64,000 nucleotides of DNA, from assembly GCA_050298595.1 (NCBI GenBank), contig JBNKUM010000028.1:1-64000 (forward strand). The letters run 5' to 3'. Both the position numbers and the translations under genes were made by a program. The notes below the pieces were generated by a model that was given only the letters and a program-made list of their open reading frames with translations, was not told where the DNA came from and made no database searches. Positions 50,348 to 60,381 of the stretch are shown here, piece after piece. The stretch comes from Gammaproteobacteria bacterium (GTDB lineage Bacteria > Pseudomonadota > Gammaproteobacteria > GCA-001735895). Each line of letters starts with the position of its first letter. Position 1 is the stretch's first letter.

Positions 50348-51535
50348 ATGTCTGAATCTATTGTCATCACTCATGCCACAAGAACCGCCATTGGCGCCTT
50401 TGGGGGGGCTTTGGCCAGTGTTTCTGCTGTTCAACTCGGCGCAACGGTCGTTAAATCATTGCTCGAGCAATCTGGAGTTTCAGCGGATCAGGTTGATGAA
50501 GTCATTTTAGGCCAGGTTCTGACAGCAGGTGCGGGGCAAAATCCCGCGCGTCAAACCGCTTTAGCTGCCGGGCTACCCGATACTTCCTCAGCCATGACCA
50601 TCAACAAGGTATGTGGCAGTGGTTTGAAAGCCGTTCATCTGGCTTTTCAATCCATAAGCTGTGGCGATGCCGATATCGTCATTGCAGGTGGCCAGGAAAA
50701 TATGAGCATGTCCGCGCATGTGCTGCCCAAATCACGCAATGGCAAGATGATAGGTAACTGGGAGCTGGAAGACAGTATGATCGTTGATGGCCTTTGGTGT
50801 GCAATGAATGATATTCACATGGGCATTACCGCTGAAAATATTGCAGAACAATTCTCTCTGACCCGTGACGATCAGGATGCTTTTGCTGCTGCTTCACAAC
50901 AAAAGACTGAAGCTGCTCAGAGTGCAGGTAATTTTGATCATGAAATCACACCTGTTTCTATCCCGCAACGCAAGGGCGATCCGATCATCTTCAGTAAAGA
51001 CGAATTTCCACGTGCCGGTACAACCGCTGAAAAGCTCGGTGGCTTACGCCCTGCGTTCAAGAAAGACGGTACCGTTACTGCGGGTAATGCGTCGGGTATT
51101 AACGATGGCGCGGCGGCGGTTATGGTGATGAAAGAATCCAGGGCTAAAGAGCTTGGCCTGAAACCAATTGCACGTATAGTTGCTTTCTCCAGCGCTGGCG
51201 TTGATCCAAAGATTATGGGTACTGGACCGATTCCTTCTACCCAGAAATGCCTCGAAAAAGCAGGCTGGGATATTTCTGATCTTGATCTGATCGAAGCTAA
51301 CGAAGCTTTTGCTGCGCAGGCGCTTTCGGTTAATAAGAGCCTGGGCTGGGACACCGATAAGGTTAATGTCAGTGGTGGTGCTATTTCAATAGGCCATCCT
51401 ATTGGTGCTTCCGGTGCTCGTATTCTGGTAACCCTGTTACACGGTATGCAACGTAAATCAGCTCGAAAAGGGCTTGCTACTCTGTGTATCGGTGGTGGTC
51501 AGGGTGTTGCAATGGCCGTAGAATTGATAGATTAA
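50348..51535 (+). CDS. phaA: Acetyl-CoA acetyltransferase (beta-ketothiolase)
   Basis: 'NKVCGSG', 'NEAFA', 'GHPIGASG', 'CIGGGQG'; GAGG RBS before MSES. Confidence 0.95.
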   Translation: MSESIVITHATRTAIGAFGGALASVSAVQLGATVVKSLLEQSGVSADQVDEVILGQVLTAGAGQNPARQTALAAGLPDTSSAMTINKVCGSGLKAVHLAFQSISCGDADIVIAGGQENMSMSAHVLPKSRNGKMIGNWELEDSMIVDGLWCAMNDIHMGITAENIAEQFSLTRDDQDAFAAASQQKTEAAQSAGNFDHEITPVSIPQRKGDPIIFSKDEFPRAGTTAEKLGGLRPAFKKDGTVTAGNASGINDGAAAVMVMKESRAKELGLKPIARIVAFSSAGVDPKIMGTGPIPSTQKCLEKAGWDISDLDLIEANEAFAAQALSVNKSLGWDTDKVNVSGGAISIGHPIGASGARILVTLLHGMQRKSARKGLATLCIGGGQGVAMAVELID

Positions 51536-51553
51536 TCATCTCTAATTAGTGAT

Positions 51554-51582
51554 GCCGCGCATCTTGAGCTAAGATGCGCGGC
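51554..51582 (+). repeat. GC-rich hairpin between phaA and phaR
   Basis: GCCGCGCATCTT-gagct-AAGATGCGCGGC, 12-bp stem, no U tail. Confidence 0.7.
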
Positions 51583-51604
51583 CTGTAAACCGAGGAAACA
51601 ACAC

Positions 51605-52078
51605 GTGTCAGAATCCTGTGATAATGAACGTCTCATAAAGAAATACCCGAACCGTCGCTTATACGATACTCAGGATAGTCGTTATATCACCCTTGACGAC
51701 ACCAAACAGATGGTTATAAACAACATACCGTTTAAGGTTGTAGACCAGAAAACCGGCGAAGATCTAACCCGTAGCATTCTGTTACAGATCATCCTGGAAC
51801 AGGAAAATAATAACGAACCGCTATTCAATAGCAATATTCTGTCCGAATTTATCCGCAACAATAGTCAGACAAATCGAGATTATTTCTCCAGCTTTTTACA
51901 GGCCAGTATGCAGTTATTCTCTGAGCAACAGGGTACTCTGGTGAACCAGATGGATAAGGTTTTCAAGAATTCTCCGATGGATTTCTGGATGCAAATGACC
52001 AGTCAAAACCTTGAGAAGCTAACAGAATTACAGAGCAAATTTTTTAAAAAAGGATCTTCTGAAGAATCAAAAAAATAA
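51605..52078 (+). CDS. phaR: PHA synthesis repressor
   Basis: 'IKKYPNRRLYDT..S.YITL', 'GEDLTRSILLQII.EQE'. Confidence 0.95.
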   Translation: MSESCDNERLIKKYPNRRLYDTQDSRYITLDDTKQMVINNIPFKVVDQKTGEDLTRSILLQIILEQENNNEPLFNSNILSEFIRNNSQTNRDYFSSFLQASMQLFSEQQGTLVNQMDKVFKNSPMDFWMQMTSQNLEKLTELQSKFFKKGSSEESKK

Positions 52079-52169
52079 ATATCGCTTCTCTTCTATAATA
52101 TAAGTATTTGAATTTATTACATATAATATAAATATACTTTTATATTAAAAAATAAATCTCATTCCACTC

Positions 52170-52227
52170 TTGACAATTTTCCGATCAGACATACTATTTG
52201 TGCAGCGCAGCATTGTGCAGTGCACAA
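52170..52227 (+). promoter_or_regulatory. sigma70 promoter of the phasin gene with two PhaR boxes
   Basis: TTGACA-N16-TACTAT (52170-52197), then GTGCAGCGCAG (52200-10) and TTGTGCAGTGCACAA (52213-27). Confidence 0.8.
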
Positions 52228-52274
52228 ATGACGGAATTTGAATTTACTTCTTAACTTAAGCTCGGAGAAATGCC

Positions 52275-52673
52275 ATGACTAACCCTACAGTTGAATTATT
52301 TTACGAATACAACACGAAAGCGATGGAAGCCATGCGTGCTTTCGGTGATCTAAACGTTGCAACTGCTCAGTCTTTCATCAACAAGCAGGTTGAACTAACC
52401 AATGCAATCGTTGAAGCAACTCTGGCTACTAGCAAAGAAATTGTTTCTGCTAAAACTCCTGTTGATGCAATGCAGGCTTCTAGCGCTCTGATGCAGACTG
52501 TATCTTACAGTGTGACTGGTTTTGTTAAAGAGTCAGCTGCTGACGCAGTTAAAACTCGCGACGAACTGAAAGTAGCTATCGATGACGCAGTCAAACTGAA
52601 CAGTGTATATGCAACAAAAGCTTTCGATACCAGCGTAGAGGTTGTTAAGAAAACTGCTAAAAAAGCTGCTTAA
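52275..52673 (+). CDS. phaP: Phasin (PHA granule protein)
   Basis: Ala-rich amphipathic helical protein ending 'KKTAKKAA'; between phaR and phaB; PhaR boxes upstream. Confidence 0.8.
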   Translation: MTNPTVELFYEYNTKAMEAMRAFGDLNVATAQSFINKQVELTNAIVEATLATSKEIVSAKTPVDAMQASSALMQTVSYSVTGFVKESAADAVKTRDELKVAIDDAVKLNSVYATKAFDTSVEVVKKTAKKAA

Positions 52674-52846
52674 TCAGGCACTGATTTAACCTGCTGACGG
52701 CACCGAGTAATTAATGCTGTGCCGTCAGTTTCAACATGACTTTGTGCCCATGTTGAAAACACAAGATTTTTACTGCGCTGAAATTTAAATTATCAAAATT
52801 CAACGCAACTCTGAAGCAGATAAGATTAAGGTTTAATGAGGTTTAT

Positions 52847-53593
52847 ATGTCAAAGAAAGTTGCATTAGTCACTGGCGGTACCGGCGGAATCGGAACAGCA
52901 ATCTGTGAAGCCCTTGCATCAAGCGGTCACAGCGTTGTTGCTAACTATTTCCCTGCTGATAAAGAAGCAGCCGAAAGCTGGTTAGACGATATGCAAAGCA
53001 GAAATGCCGATGTACATATTGCTCCTGCCGATGTGACCAGTTATGAAGAATGCGGCGAAATGGTTCAGTTTATTGAATCCAGTGTTGGACCTATCGATGT
53101 ACTGGTGAACTGTGCCGGCATCACTCGCGACAAAACCTTAAAGCGTATGACTCCTGATCAGTGGACAGCGGTTATCAACACCAACCTGAACAGTGCATTC
53201 AACGTAACCCAGCATGTAGTCAGTGGTATGACCGAGCGTGGTTTTGGTCGCATCATTAATATTTCATCGGTGAATGGCCAGAAAGGTCAATTTGGTCAGG
53301 CTAACTACTCAGCTGCGAAAGCTGGCTTACATGGTTTCACCATGTCAGTAGCCCAGGAAACTGCATCTAAAGGCGTTACTGTAAATACCGTATCACCTGG
53401 ATACATCGAAACAGCTATGACCAGCGCCATGCCTGAAGAAGTGCTTAAAGCCATCGTCAGTGCCGTTCCTGCGGGACGCATGGGCAAGCCTGAAGAAATC
53501 GCTAATACTGTTGCCTGGTTGGCCGATGCGCAAAATGCCTACACTACCGGCGCCAATATTCCTGTTAATGGCGGCATGTTTATGTCTGCCTGA
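52847..53593 (+). CDS. phaB: Acetoacetyl-CoA reductase (copy 2)
   Basis: 'TGGTGGIG', 'NCAGITRD', 'GQKGQFGQANYSAAK'. Confidence 0.94.
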   Translation: MSKKVALVTGGTGGIGTAICEALASSGHSVVANYFPADKEAAESWLDDMQSRNADVHIAPADVTSYEECGEMVQFIESSVGPIDVLVNCAGITRDKTLKRMTPDQWTAVINTNLNSAFNVTQHVVSGMTERGFGRIINISSVNGQKGQFGQANYSAAKAGLHGFTMSVAQETASKGVTVNTVSPGYIETAMTSAMPEEVLKAIVSAVPAGRMGKPEEIANTVAWLADAQNAYTTGANIPVNGGMFMSA

Positions 53594-53630
53594 CAAAGAA
53601 TCTCGACATTTGACCTCCTCAATGTCCGTT

Positions 53631-53657
53631 GCGCCTCAATATCTGAGGCGCCTTTTT
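53631..53657 (+). terminator. Terminator after phaB2
   Basis: GCGCCTCA-atatc-TGAGGCGC-cTTTTT; second hairpin at 53664-53691. Confidence 0.75.
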
Positions 53658-53834
53658 ACACCAGATGACCTCGCAATATGACGAGGTCATCGAAAAATCT
53701 AAGGTTTGCACAGGTACGAAAACAAAATATTGTGACATTTAATACTAAGTATTCGATCACAAGCTGATATGCTATAAATCAGCGTCAAAATAATAATAAT
53801 AAAATTAAATTATCACTCATGAGAGGTTTTAAAG

Positions 53835-54779
53835 ATGAGCATTTCTCCCCCTTGTTATAAACAGAATCGTCTGAAGCAGCTGCGCGCCTTCTGTAAAGCC
53901 GTCGAAACCAAGAGCATCTCAAAAGCAGGTGAAGAGTTATTCCTCTCACAGCCGACTGTATCGCTACAGATACGTGCACTGGAGCGAGAGCTATGTGTTC
54001 AGGTATTCGAACGTCGTGGCCCCGTTATTAATCTGACTCCCGATGGTCAAATACTCTACGAACTCTCCAAGCCGTTAATCAGTGGTATCGATAATCTTTC
54101 GCAAAATTTTAATAGCTTAGCCGGACGTATGGAATCGGGTGAGCTGCACATTACTGCAGGGCAGACCGCCTGTATGTACCTGCTACCCAAATACATCAGC
54201 AAATTCAGGGAAGAATACCCCAGTATTCACGTCAAATTATCCAACAATACCGGCAAGGAAGGTCGCGCTCTACTTAAGTCCGATAATGTTGATTTTGCAG
54301 TGGGCACCATGGCTGATAATAGTGACGATATGGTTTTTGAACCATTACATGAATTTGAGCCCGTTTTGATCATGCCGGTAGATCACCCTCTGGCGAGGAG
54401 TAAGGACATTACGCTACAGGATATCTCTCCTTACGGGCTGATTCTGCCTCCGCGCGAATTATCCACCTGGCGCAAGGTGGACAAAATATTTAACGAAAAT
54501 AATGTCCCTTACAAGGTGTCGATGGAAGTCGGTGGCTGGGAAGTGATAAAAACCTACGTAGAAGAAGGCATGGGGGTTTCGATCGTTAGCTGTCTTTCAT
54601 TAACCGGCAAGGAAAACCTGAAAGCAATATCTCTCGCTAAATACTTCCCCAAGCAAGTGTATGGTGCAGTTATCCGTAAAGGAAAATTCCTCACCCCGCA
54701 GGCACGTGGATTTCTGGAAATACTATCTTCCGATCTATTTGACGAATCTTGCGATAAGAAGATCGTTAACGCAAAGTAA
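53835..54779 (+). CDS. LysR-family transcriptional regulator (CysB-like substrate domain)
   Basis: 'LKQLRAFC...SQPTVSLQIRALERE...FER' HTH; 'GGWEVIK.YV..G.GVS'. Confidence 0.92.
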   Translation: MSISPPCYKQNRLKQLRAFCKAVETKSISKAGEELFLSQPTVSLQIRALERELCVQVFERRGPVINLTPDGQILYELSKPLISGIDNLSQNFNSLAGRMESGELHITAGQTACMYLLPKYISKFREEYPSIHVKLSNNTGKEGRALLKSDNVDFAVGTMADNSDDMVFEPLHEFEPVLIMPVDHPLARSKDITLQDISPYGLILPPRELSTWRKVDKIFNENNVPYKVSMEVGGWEVIKTYVEEGMGVSIVSCLSLTGKENLKAISLAKYFPKQVYGAVIRKGKFLTPQARGFLEILSSDLFDESCDKKIVNAK

Positions 54780-54976
54780 GACGTTAACCCCTGAAGAACT
54801 CAATAGACTGCATTGATGCAGATGAGTTATTCATTAAACTGGGTAGTTTGGTAATTCCGATCTGCCCAGATTGCCAGAATTGTGTTTAATCCGGCATTTC
54901 GCTATATTGCATCGCCATTTAAATTAACTATATGCGCTAATAATAGCGCTAGATAACATATAACAAGAGGTTCTCC

Positions 54977-57580
54977 ATGCTCGAAGCCTATCGTCAACAC
55001 GTCGAAGAACGCGCCCAACAAGGTATTCCCCCGTTACCATTGAATGCCGAACAGGTCGCTGACCTGGTTGAGTTATTAAAAAATCCTCCGGCGGGTGAAG
55101 AAGAAACACTGGTCGACTTACTCACCAATCGCATTCCACCCGGCGTAGACGAAGCGGCTTATGTAAAAGCAGGTTTCCTGTCAGCTGTGGCCAAGGGTGA
55201 AGCTAAATCACCACTGATCAGCTCATCACGGGCTGTTGAATTACTCGGCACCATGATGGGTGGTTACAATATCGTTTCCATGATCGAATTACTCGACGAT
55301 GCTGAGCTGGGTGAACTGGCGGCTGAACAACTCAAGTACACCTTATTAATGTTCGATGCATTCCACGATGTCGCTGATAAAGCAAAAGCGGGTAATGCCA
55401 ATGCGCAGGCAGTTTTACAATCCTGGGCCGATGCCGAATGGTTTACACGCAAGGATAAGGTTGCCGAAGAAATCAAACTTCGTGTATTCAAGGTAACCGG
55501 TGAAACTAATACTGATGACCTGTCTCCAGCGCAGGATGCCTGGTCTCGTCCCGACATTCCATTACATGCACTGGCCATGTTAAAGAATGCGCGCGATGGC
55601 ATTGAACCCGATGATGCTGGCAAACTCGGACCTGTCAAATTGATTCAGTCTATGGAGCAACAGGGTATCCCGCTGGCTTACGTCGGTGACGTAGTCGGTA
55701 CCGGCTCTTCACGTAAATCAGCCACCAACTCGGTGCTCTGGTTCATGGGTCATGATATCCCTTATGTCCCCAACAAACGTCAGGGTGGCGTGGTATTGGG
55801 CAGCAAGATCGCACCTATCTTTTTTAACACGGTTGAAGACTCCGGTGCCCTACCTATCGAATGTCCTGTAGATAATATGAATATGGGTGATGTGATTACT
55901 CTAAAGCCTTATGAAGGCAAGGTGTATAACGAAGCAGGAGAAGTGATCTCGGAATTTGAACTGAAAACCGATGTTATTCTGGATGAGGTTCAGGCGGGTG
56001 GTCGTATCCCACTGATCATTGGACGATCATTAACCGAAAAAGCGCGTGAAGCACTGGGCCTGGGTGCCAGCGACATTTTCCGCCGCCCGGTAGATCCAGC
56101 CGATAGCGGCAAGGGTTACACGCTGGCGCAGAAAATGGTGGGTAAAGCCTGTGGTGTGGAAGGCGTGCGTGCTGGTACCTACTGCGAACCTCGTATGAGC
56201 ACGGTCGGTTCTCAGGATACCACTGGCCCAATGACCCGTGATGAGCTGAAAGAACTGGCCTGTCTGGGATTTTCTGCGGACCTGGTAATGCAGTCTTTCT
56301 GTCATACAGCCGCTTACCCCAAGCCAGTTGATATCAATACCCAGCACTCATTACCTGATTTTATCAAGACCCGTGGCGGTGTTTCATTACGTCCTGGTGA
56401 TGGTGTTATCCACTCCTGGCTTAACCGCATGCTGCTACCTGACCAGGTTGGTACCGGCGGCGATTCGCACACCCGTTTCCCATTAGGAATTTCTTTCCCG
56501 GCCGGTTCTGGTCTGGTTGCATTTGGTGCCGCACTAGGCGTTATTCCGCTGGATATGCCGGAATCGGTACATGTTAAATTCACTGGTGAAATGCAACCCG
56601 GTATCACCCTGCGTGACCTGGTCAATGCAATTCCTTATGAAGCGCTCAAGCGTGGATTACTAACCGTAGAAAAGAAAGGCAAGAAAAACGTCTATAACGG
56701 TCGTATCCTGGAGATATCCGGTCTGCCTGATTTGACTGTTGAGCAGGCTTTTGAATTATCTGATGCATCAGCAGAACGTAGTGCCGGTGGTTGTACTATT
56801 GAGCTCTCTGAAGAGTCTGTAGCTGAATACCTGCGCTCTAATATCGTAATGCTACGCTGGATGATCGACAATGGATATGACGATGCCCGTACACTGGAAC
56901 GTCGTGCCCGTGCGATGGAAGCCTGGCTGGAAAACCCCAGCCTGATGCGTGCAGATGAAAATGCCGAGTACGCCGAAGTGATTGAAATTAATATGAGCGA
57001 AATCACCGAGCCTCTACTGGCCTGCCCGAATGATCCAGATGATGTTAAGCCATTATCAGAGATTGCTGGAGCCAAAATCGATGAAGTCTTTATCGGTTCC
57101 TGTATGACCAATATCGGCCATTTCCGCGCGGCAGCTAAACTGCTGGAAGCTTCAGGTGGCGTTATCCCAACACGTCTGTGGATTGCACCTCCCACCAAGA
57201 TGGATGAACAGCAATTGATGGACGAAGGTATATACAATATCTTCGCCACATCCGGTGCACGTACTGAAATGCCCGGCTGTTCATTATGCATGGGCAATCA
57301 GGCTCGAATTGCAGCAAATTCAACTGCGGTTTCCACCTCAACACGTAATTTCCCGAATCGACTGGGACAGGGCGCAGACGTCTACCTGGCCTCTGCTGAA
57401 CTGGCCGCGATTGCTGCCATACTCGGAAAATTACCCACAGTTGAAGAGTACATGCAATATGCTGGCAAGTTAGACAGTATGTCTGCCGAGATCTACAGGT
57501 ATCTAAACTTCGATAAGATGCCTAATTTTATTGAATCAGCAGCTCGTGGTAAAAGTGTTGGTGTAGAGATGAATTTCTAA
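54977..57580 (+). CDS. acnB: Aconitate hydratase B
   Basis: '[13 protein letters not shown]', 'GTGSSRKSA', 'GSCMTN', '[10 protein letters not shown]'. Confidence 0.98.
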   Translation: MLEAYRQHVEERAQQGIPPLPLNAEQVADLVELLKNPPAGEEETLVDLLTNRIPPGVDEAAYVKAGFLSAVAKGEAKSPLISSSRAVELLGTMMGGYNIVSMIELLDDAELGELAAEQLKYTLLMFDAFHDVADKAKAGNANAQAVLQSWADAEWFTRKDKVAEEIKLRVFKVTGETNTDDLSPAQDAWSRPDIPLHALAMLKNARDGIEPDDAGKLGPVKLIQSMEQQGIPLAYVGDVVGTGSSRKSATNSVLWFMGHDIPYVPNKRQGGVVLGSKIAPIFFNTVEDSGALPIECPVDNMNMGDVITLKPYEGKVYNEAGEVISEFELKTDVILDEVQAGGRIPLIIGRSLTEKAREALGLGASDIFRRPVDPADSGKGYTLAQKMVGKACGVEGVRAGTYCEPRMSTVGSQDTTGPMTRDELKELACLGFSADLVMQSFCHTAAYPKPVDINTQHSLPDFIKTRGGVSLRPGDGVIHSWLNRMLLPDQVGTGGDSHTRFPLGISFPAGSGLVAFGAALGVIPLDMPESVHVKFTGEMQPGITLRDLVNAIPYEALKRGLLTVEKKGKKNVYNGRILEISGLPDLTVEQAFELSDASAERSAGGCTIELSEESVAEYLRSNIVMLRWMIDNGYDDARTLERRARAMEAWLENPSLMRADENAEYAEVIEINMSEITEPLLACPNDPDDVKPLSEIAGAKIDEVFIGSCMTNIGHFRAAAKLLEASGGVIPTRLWIAPPTKMDEQQLMDEGIYNIFATSGARTEMPGCSLCMGNQARIAANSTAVSTSTRNFPNRLGQGADVYLASAELAAIAAILGKLPTVEEYMQYAGKLDSMSAEIYRYLNFDKMPNFIESAARGKSVGVEMNF

Positions 57581-57595
57581 ATCAAGCCAGCCTGT

Positions 57596-57627
57596 AAAAA
57601 AAGCCGGAATCTTTCCGGCTTTTTTTT
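57596..57627 (+). terminator. Bidirectional-type Rho-independent terminator after acnB
   Basis: A-run, AAGCCGGAA-tct-TTCCGGCTT, T-run. Confidence 0.88.
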
Positions 57628-57666
57628 GTCTTGTAAAGAAGCTTTAGTTTATTAATAGGGATCAGG

Positions 57667-58320
57667 ATGCAACAATCTCTCAAAAAAATCATACGAGAAA
57701 ATCGTTCTTTTATCGTATTCATGCTGCTGATGTTTGTATTTCGCAGTGTAGTCGCAGACTGGAATAATGTACCCACCGGTTCCATGAAACCGACCATCAT
57801 TGAGGGTGACCGCATTCTGGTGAACAAGATGGCCTATGATTTACGTATTCCTTTCACCCATATCTCTCTTCTTCAGCTTGCTGTTCCTGAACGTGGCGAT
57901 ATCATCGTGTTCGATTCAAAGGCCTCCGATAAGCGACTGGTAAAACGCGTGATCGGTGTACCTGGTGATACCATCAGTATGCTAAATAACCGCCTGACTA
58001 TTAATGGTAAACCACTGCCTTACCATATCAAGCAAAGCAACCTTGCAATAATCGATGTAGTTGAAAATCTAAATGGTCTAAATCATGACATTCGAGTCCA
58101 TTTAAATGCCAATCCAGAATACAGCAGCTTCAGTCCTATTAGCGTACCCGAAGAGTATTATCTGGTATTGGGTGATAACCGGGACAACAGTGCCGATTCC
58201 CGCGTCATCGGACTGGTGCCCAGGGCAGAAATAGTCGGTCGTTCACGCGAAGTCATCATGTCATTAAACTACGATAATTATTATCTCCCTCGAGCAGAAA
58301 GGTTCTTTAAAAGCCTTTGA
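57667..58320 (+). CDS. Signal peptidase I (short paralog)
   Basis: 'VPTGSMKPT', 'VKRVIG.PGD', 'GDNRDNSADSR'. Confidence 0.92.
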   Translation: MQQSLKKIIRENRSFIVFMLLMFVFRSVVADWNNVPTGSMKPTIIEGDRILVNKMAYDLRIPFTHISLLQLAVPERGDIIVFDSKASDKRLVKRVIGVPGDTISMLNNRLTINGKPLPYHIKQSNLAIIDVVENLNGLNHDIRVHLNANPEYSSFSPISVPEEYYLVLGDNRDNSADSRVIGLVPRAEIVGRSREVIMSLNYDNYYLPRAERFFKSL

Positions 58321-58366
58321 TCAATTACTATCCAGCGACTTACTTAATTAACGCCGCTCATCAAAT

Positions 58367-59377
58367 ATGATATCCCGGGAAAAGCTACAACAGGCTGTTG
58401 AACACAATCTAATACAGGCACAACAGCTTGAACCACTGTATGAATTTTTAACGCAGGATAAGCAGGAAATTTCTGCTGCAGTTGAAACCAGAGAGGAACC
58501 GTTAAAATTTATTCGTAGTTTCGGCGATATCTTTATTACGCTAGGAATTGTTCTACTGGTTCTCGCCAGCCATCAAATCAATATCAGCGGTTATTATTAT
58601 CTGATACCCGCTGCTGGGTTTATTGTTCTGGCTGAGTGGCTGGTACGAGTAAGAAAGTTAGCGCTACCGGGCATTGCGGTTCTTATAGCCATCCTTTATT
58701 TCGTCAATAAAGCCATAGCATTTAATCACAGCGAGGCAACCACCTTTGGCCTTACCGTATTAAGTGCAACAAGCCTTTTATTCTATCTTCGCTACCGCAT
58801 GCCTTTTAGTCTATTACCGCTGGTGGCCGGATTACTGGCGATCATTATGCTACAACTTGGCATGGATCTTCTTGAAAAACCCTGGGTATTTATCCTGCTC
58901 GGCCTGATGGTATTTACTATCGCCATGGGTTTTGATATTCAGGATACTGCCAGAAAGTCACACTTAAGTGACAGTGCTTTCTGGCTGCATTTATTAGCAG
59001 CACCTCTAATCGTTCATGGCTCTATGGTGACACTTTTAATCAATGATCCGGCCTGGTTACAGTCGATTAATAAAGAAATCATCATGATCCTGTTCTTTGT
59101 CGTTTTCTTTCTCATCGCATTAATACTGGACCGAAGAGCAATACTAATCTCAACCCAGATTTATGCCATCTATGCGTTGACCCAATTACTAAAAAACCAT
59201 ATCAGTGGCAGTCAAAATATTTTGATGTACATCTTGATGGGACTGGGACTGTTCGTGATCTTTTTTGGCACCTACTGGTATAAAACTCGGAGTTTGATTT
59301 TTGGCTTCCTACGGCATTACTCATTCAGCCGTTATATACCAGATTTAAATGTAGAAAATTCTTTTAAGAAAGGTTAG
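58367..59377 (+). CDS. Multi-pass hypothetical membrane protein
   Basis: About 10 TM helices; 'SDSAFWLHLLAAP', 'LDRRA'. Confidence 0.75.
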   Translation: MISREKLQQAVEHNLIQAQQLEPLYEFLTQDKQEISAAVETREEPLKFIRSFGDIFITLGIVLLVLASHQINISGYYYLIPAAGFIVLAEWLVRVRKLALPGIAVLIAILYFVNKAIAFNHSEATTFGLTVLSATSLLFYLRYRMPFSLLPLVAGLLAIIMLQLGMDLLEKPWVFILLGLMVFTIAMGFDIQDTARKSHLSDSAFWLHLLAAPLIVHGSMVTLLINDPAWLQSINKEIIMILFFVVFFLIALILDRRAILISTQIYAIYALTQLLKNHISGSQNILMYILMGLGLFVIFFGTYWYKTRSLIFGFLRHYSFSRYIPDLNVENSFKKG

Positions 59378-59517
59378 ATATTTTGGCTTTGAATAATTTT
59401 CTCGTACAATCGATTAGAATCGTAATGTGTAAATAAATCTTACTACGTTTGTTAATGAGTTGACTCGCATCACGTTATTTATGTAATCACCCCATATTGG
59501 GGTTTGAGTTCCATTTT

Positions 59518-59550
59518 AAAAAGCCACCCATTATGCGGTGGCTTTTTTTT
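59518..59550 (+). terminator. Rho-independent terminator
   Basis: AAAAAGCCACC-cattatgc-GGTGGCTTTTTTTT. Confidence 0.85.
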
Positions 59551-59573
59551 ATGCTAAAAATCCTGTCTTCTGA

Positions 59574-59651
59574 CCTCAGTCCGCAGTTGACCGCTCGCAT
59601 TATAGTAACCCACTGTTTCATCACCATTACAGTCGATTTATATTTTCACCC
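59574..59651. mobile_element. MITE copy 3, truncated (left end only)
   Basis: CCTCAGTCCGCAGTTGACCGCTCGCATTA..GTAACCCACTGTTTC..TTTTCACCC aligns with 38910-38989; no right TIR seen. Confidence 0.75.
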
Positions 59652-59710
59652 TGAGTCTGCTTGCTGTTTTTATTTGGTGATAATAGAGTTAGAAGATCTG
59701 ATCAATTGTG

Positions 59711-60292
59711 TTATGCCTTACCTCTGGATCGATTCTGGTAATGGATGATGTTAATAACCCTGGCATCAACATCGTTAAGATTACGATATCCATGTGGCCT
59801 GTCTCCCGCAAAGCGGATGGTTTGGCCTGTCTTTAAAGGGTGCCATTTTTTTTCGCTGAGTACGTCCAGTTGTCCTTCAATAACGGTTATAAATTCAATT
59901 ATACCAGGGGCGTGAGCTTTGGATCTGCGTTCATAACCGGCCTCAAAGGTGAGCTCCAGATATTCAAAACCTAGTGCTTCCTCAAAAGGGAAAAGTGGCG
60001 CAATATGTAACCCGCCATCGGCAGGATGTTGGCGGATGTCATCAGCTGTTCTGATCACGGTTGTCTGTGGGTAGCTTGTTGGTGCGGGTTCGATAAAAGT
60101 CGTTAATGAAACATCAAGGCCGGTTGCAATCCTCCACAGTGTTGAAACTGTAGGGCTGGATTCGCCCCGCTCAATCTGCCCTAACATGGCTTTGCTTACG
60201 CCGGTTAATTTTGCCGTGGCATCCAGGCTTAAGCCTTTATCTTTTCGTATCTGTTGAAGCGCACTGCTTAAATATTGTTTTGGATCTGCCAT
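59711..60292 (-). CDS. XRE-HTH + cupin regulator (SutR/YdcN-like)
   Basis: 'GVSKAMLGQIERGESSPTV.TLWRIA', cupin 'H..G..E', 'F.GD.PH.Y.N'; divergent from a benE/ydcO-like gene. Confidence 0.9.
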   Translation of the reverse strand: MADPKQYLSSALQQIRKDKGLSLDATAKLTGVSKAMLGQIERGESSPTVSTLWRIATGLDVSLTTFIEPAPTSYPQTTVIRTADDIRQHPADGGLHIAPLFPFEEALGFEYLELTFEAGYERRSKAHAPGIIEFITVIEGQLDVLSEKKWHPLKTGQTIRFAGDRPHGYRNLNDVDARVINIIHYQNRSRGKA

Positions 60293-60319
60293 AAAAAATG
60301 TACCAGTAAAAAACTGCCT

Positions 60320-60372
60320 GGATGTTATAACGCACAAGTGATAAGGTTGCCAGTCTGTACGTTATAACGCAC
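60320..60372. promoter_or_regulatory. Two palindromic operators for the XRE regulator
   Basis: GGATGTTATAACGCAC (60320-35) and GTACGTTATAACGCAC (60357-72); ideal palindrome GTGCGTTATAACGCAC. Confidence 0.7.
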
Positions 60373-60381
60373 GTAAAAATC

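Noticed and set aside
56692-57297. 201-aa ORF antisense to acnB (and other short antisense or alternate-frame ORFs in the track)
   Set aside because: Codon-bias shadows lying entirely inside well-supported genes
59497-59748. 83-aa ORF
   Set aside because: Composed of a terminator plus the MITE fragment and overlaps the regulator gene end
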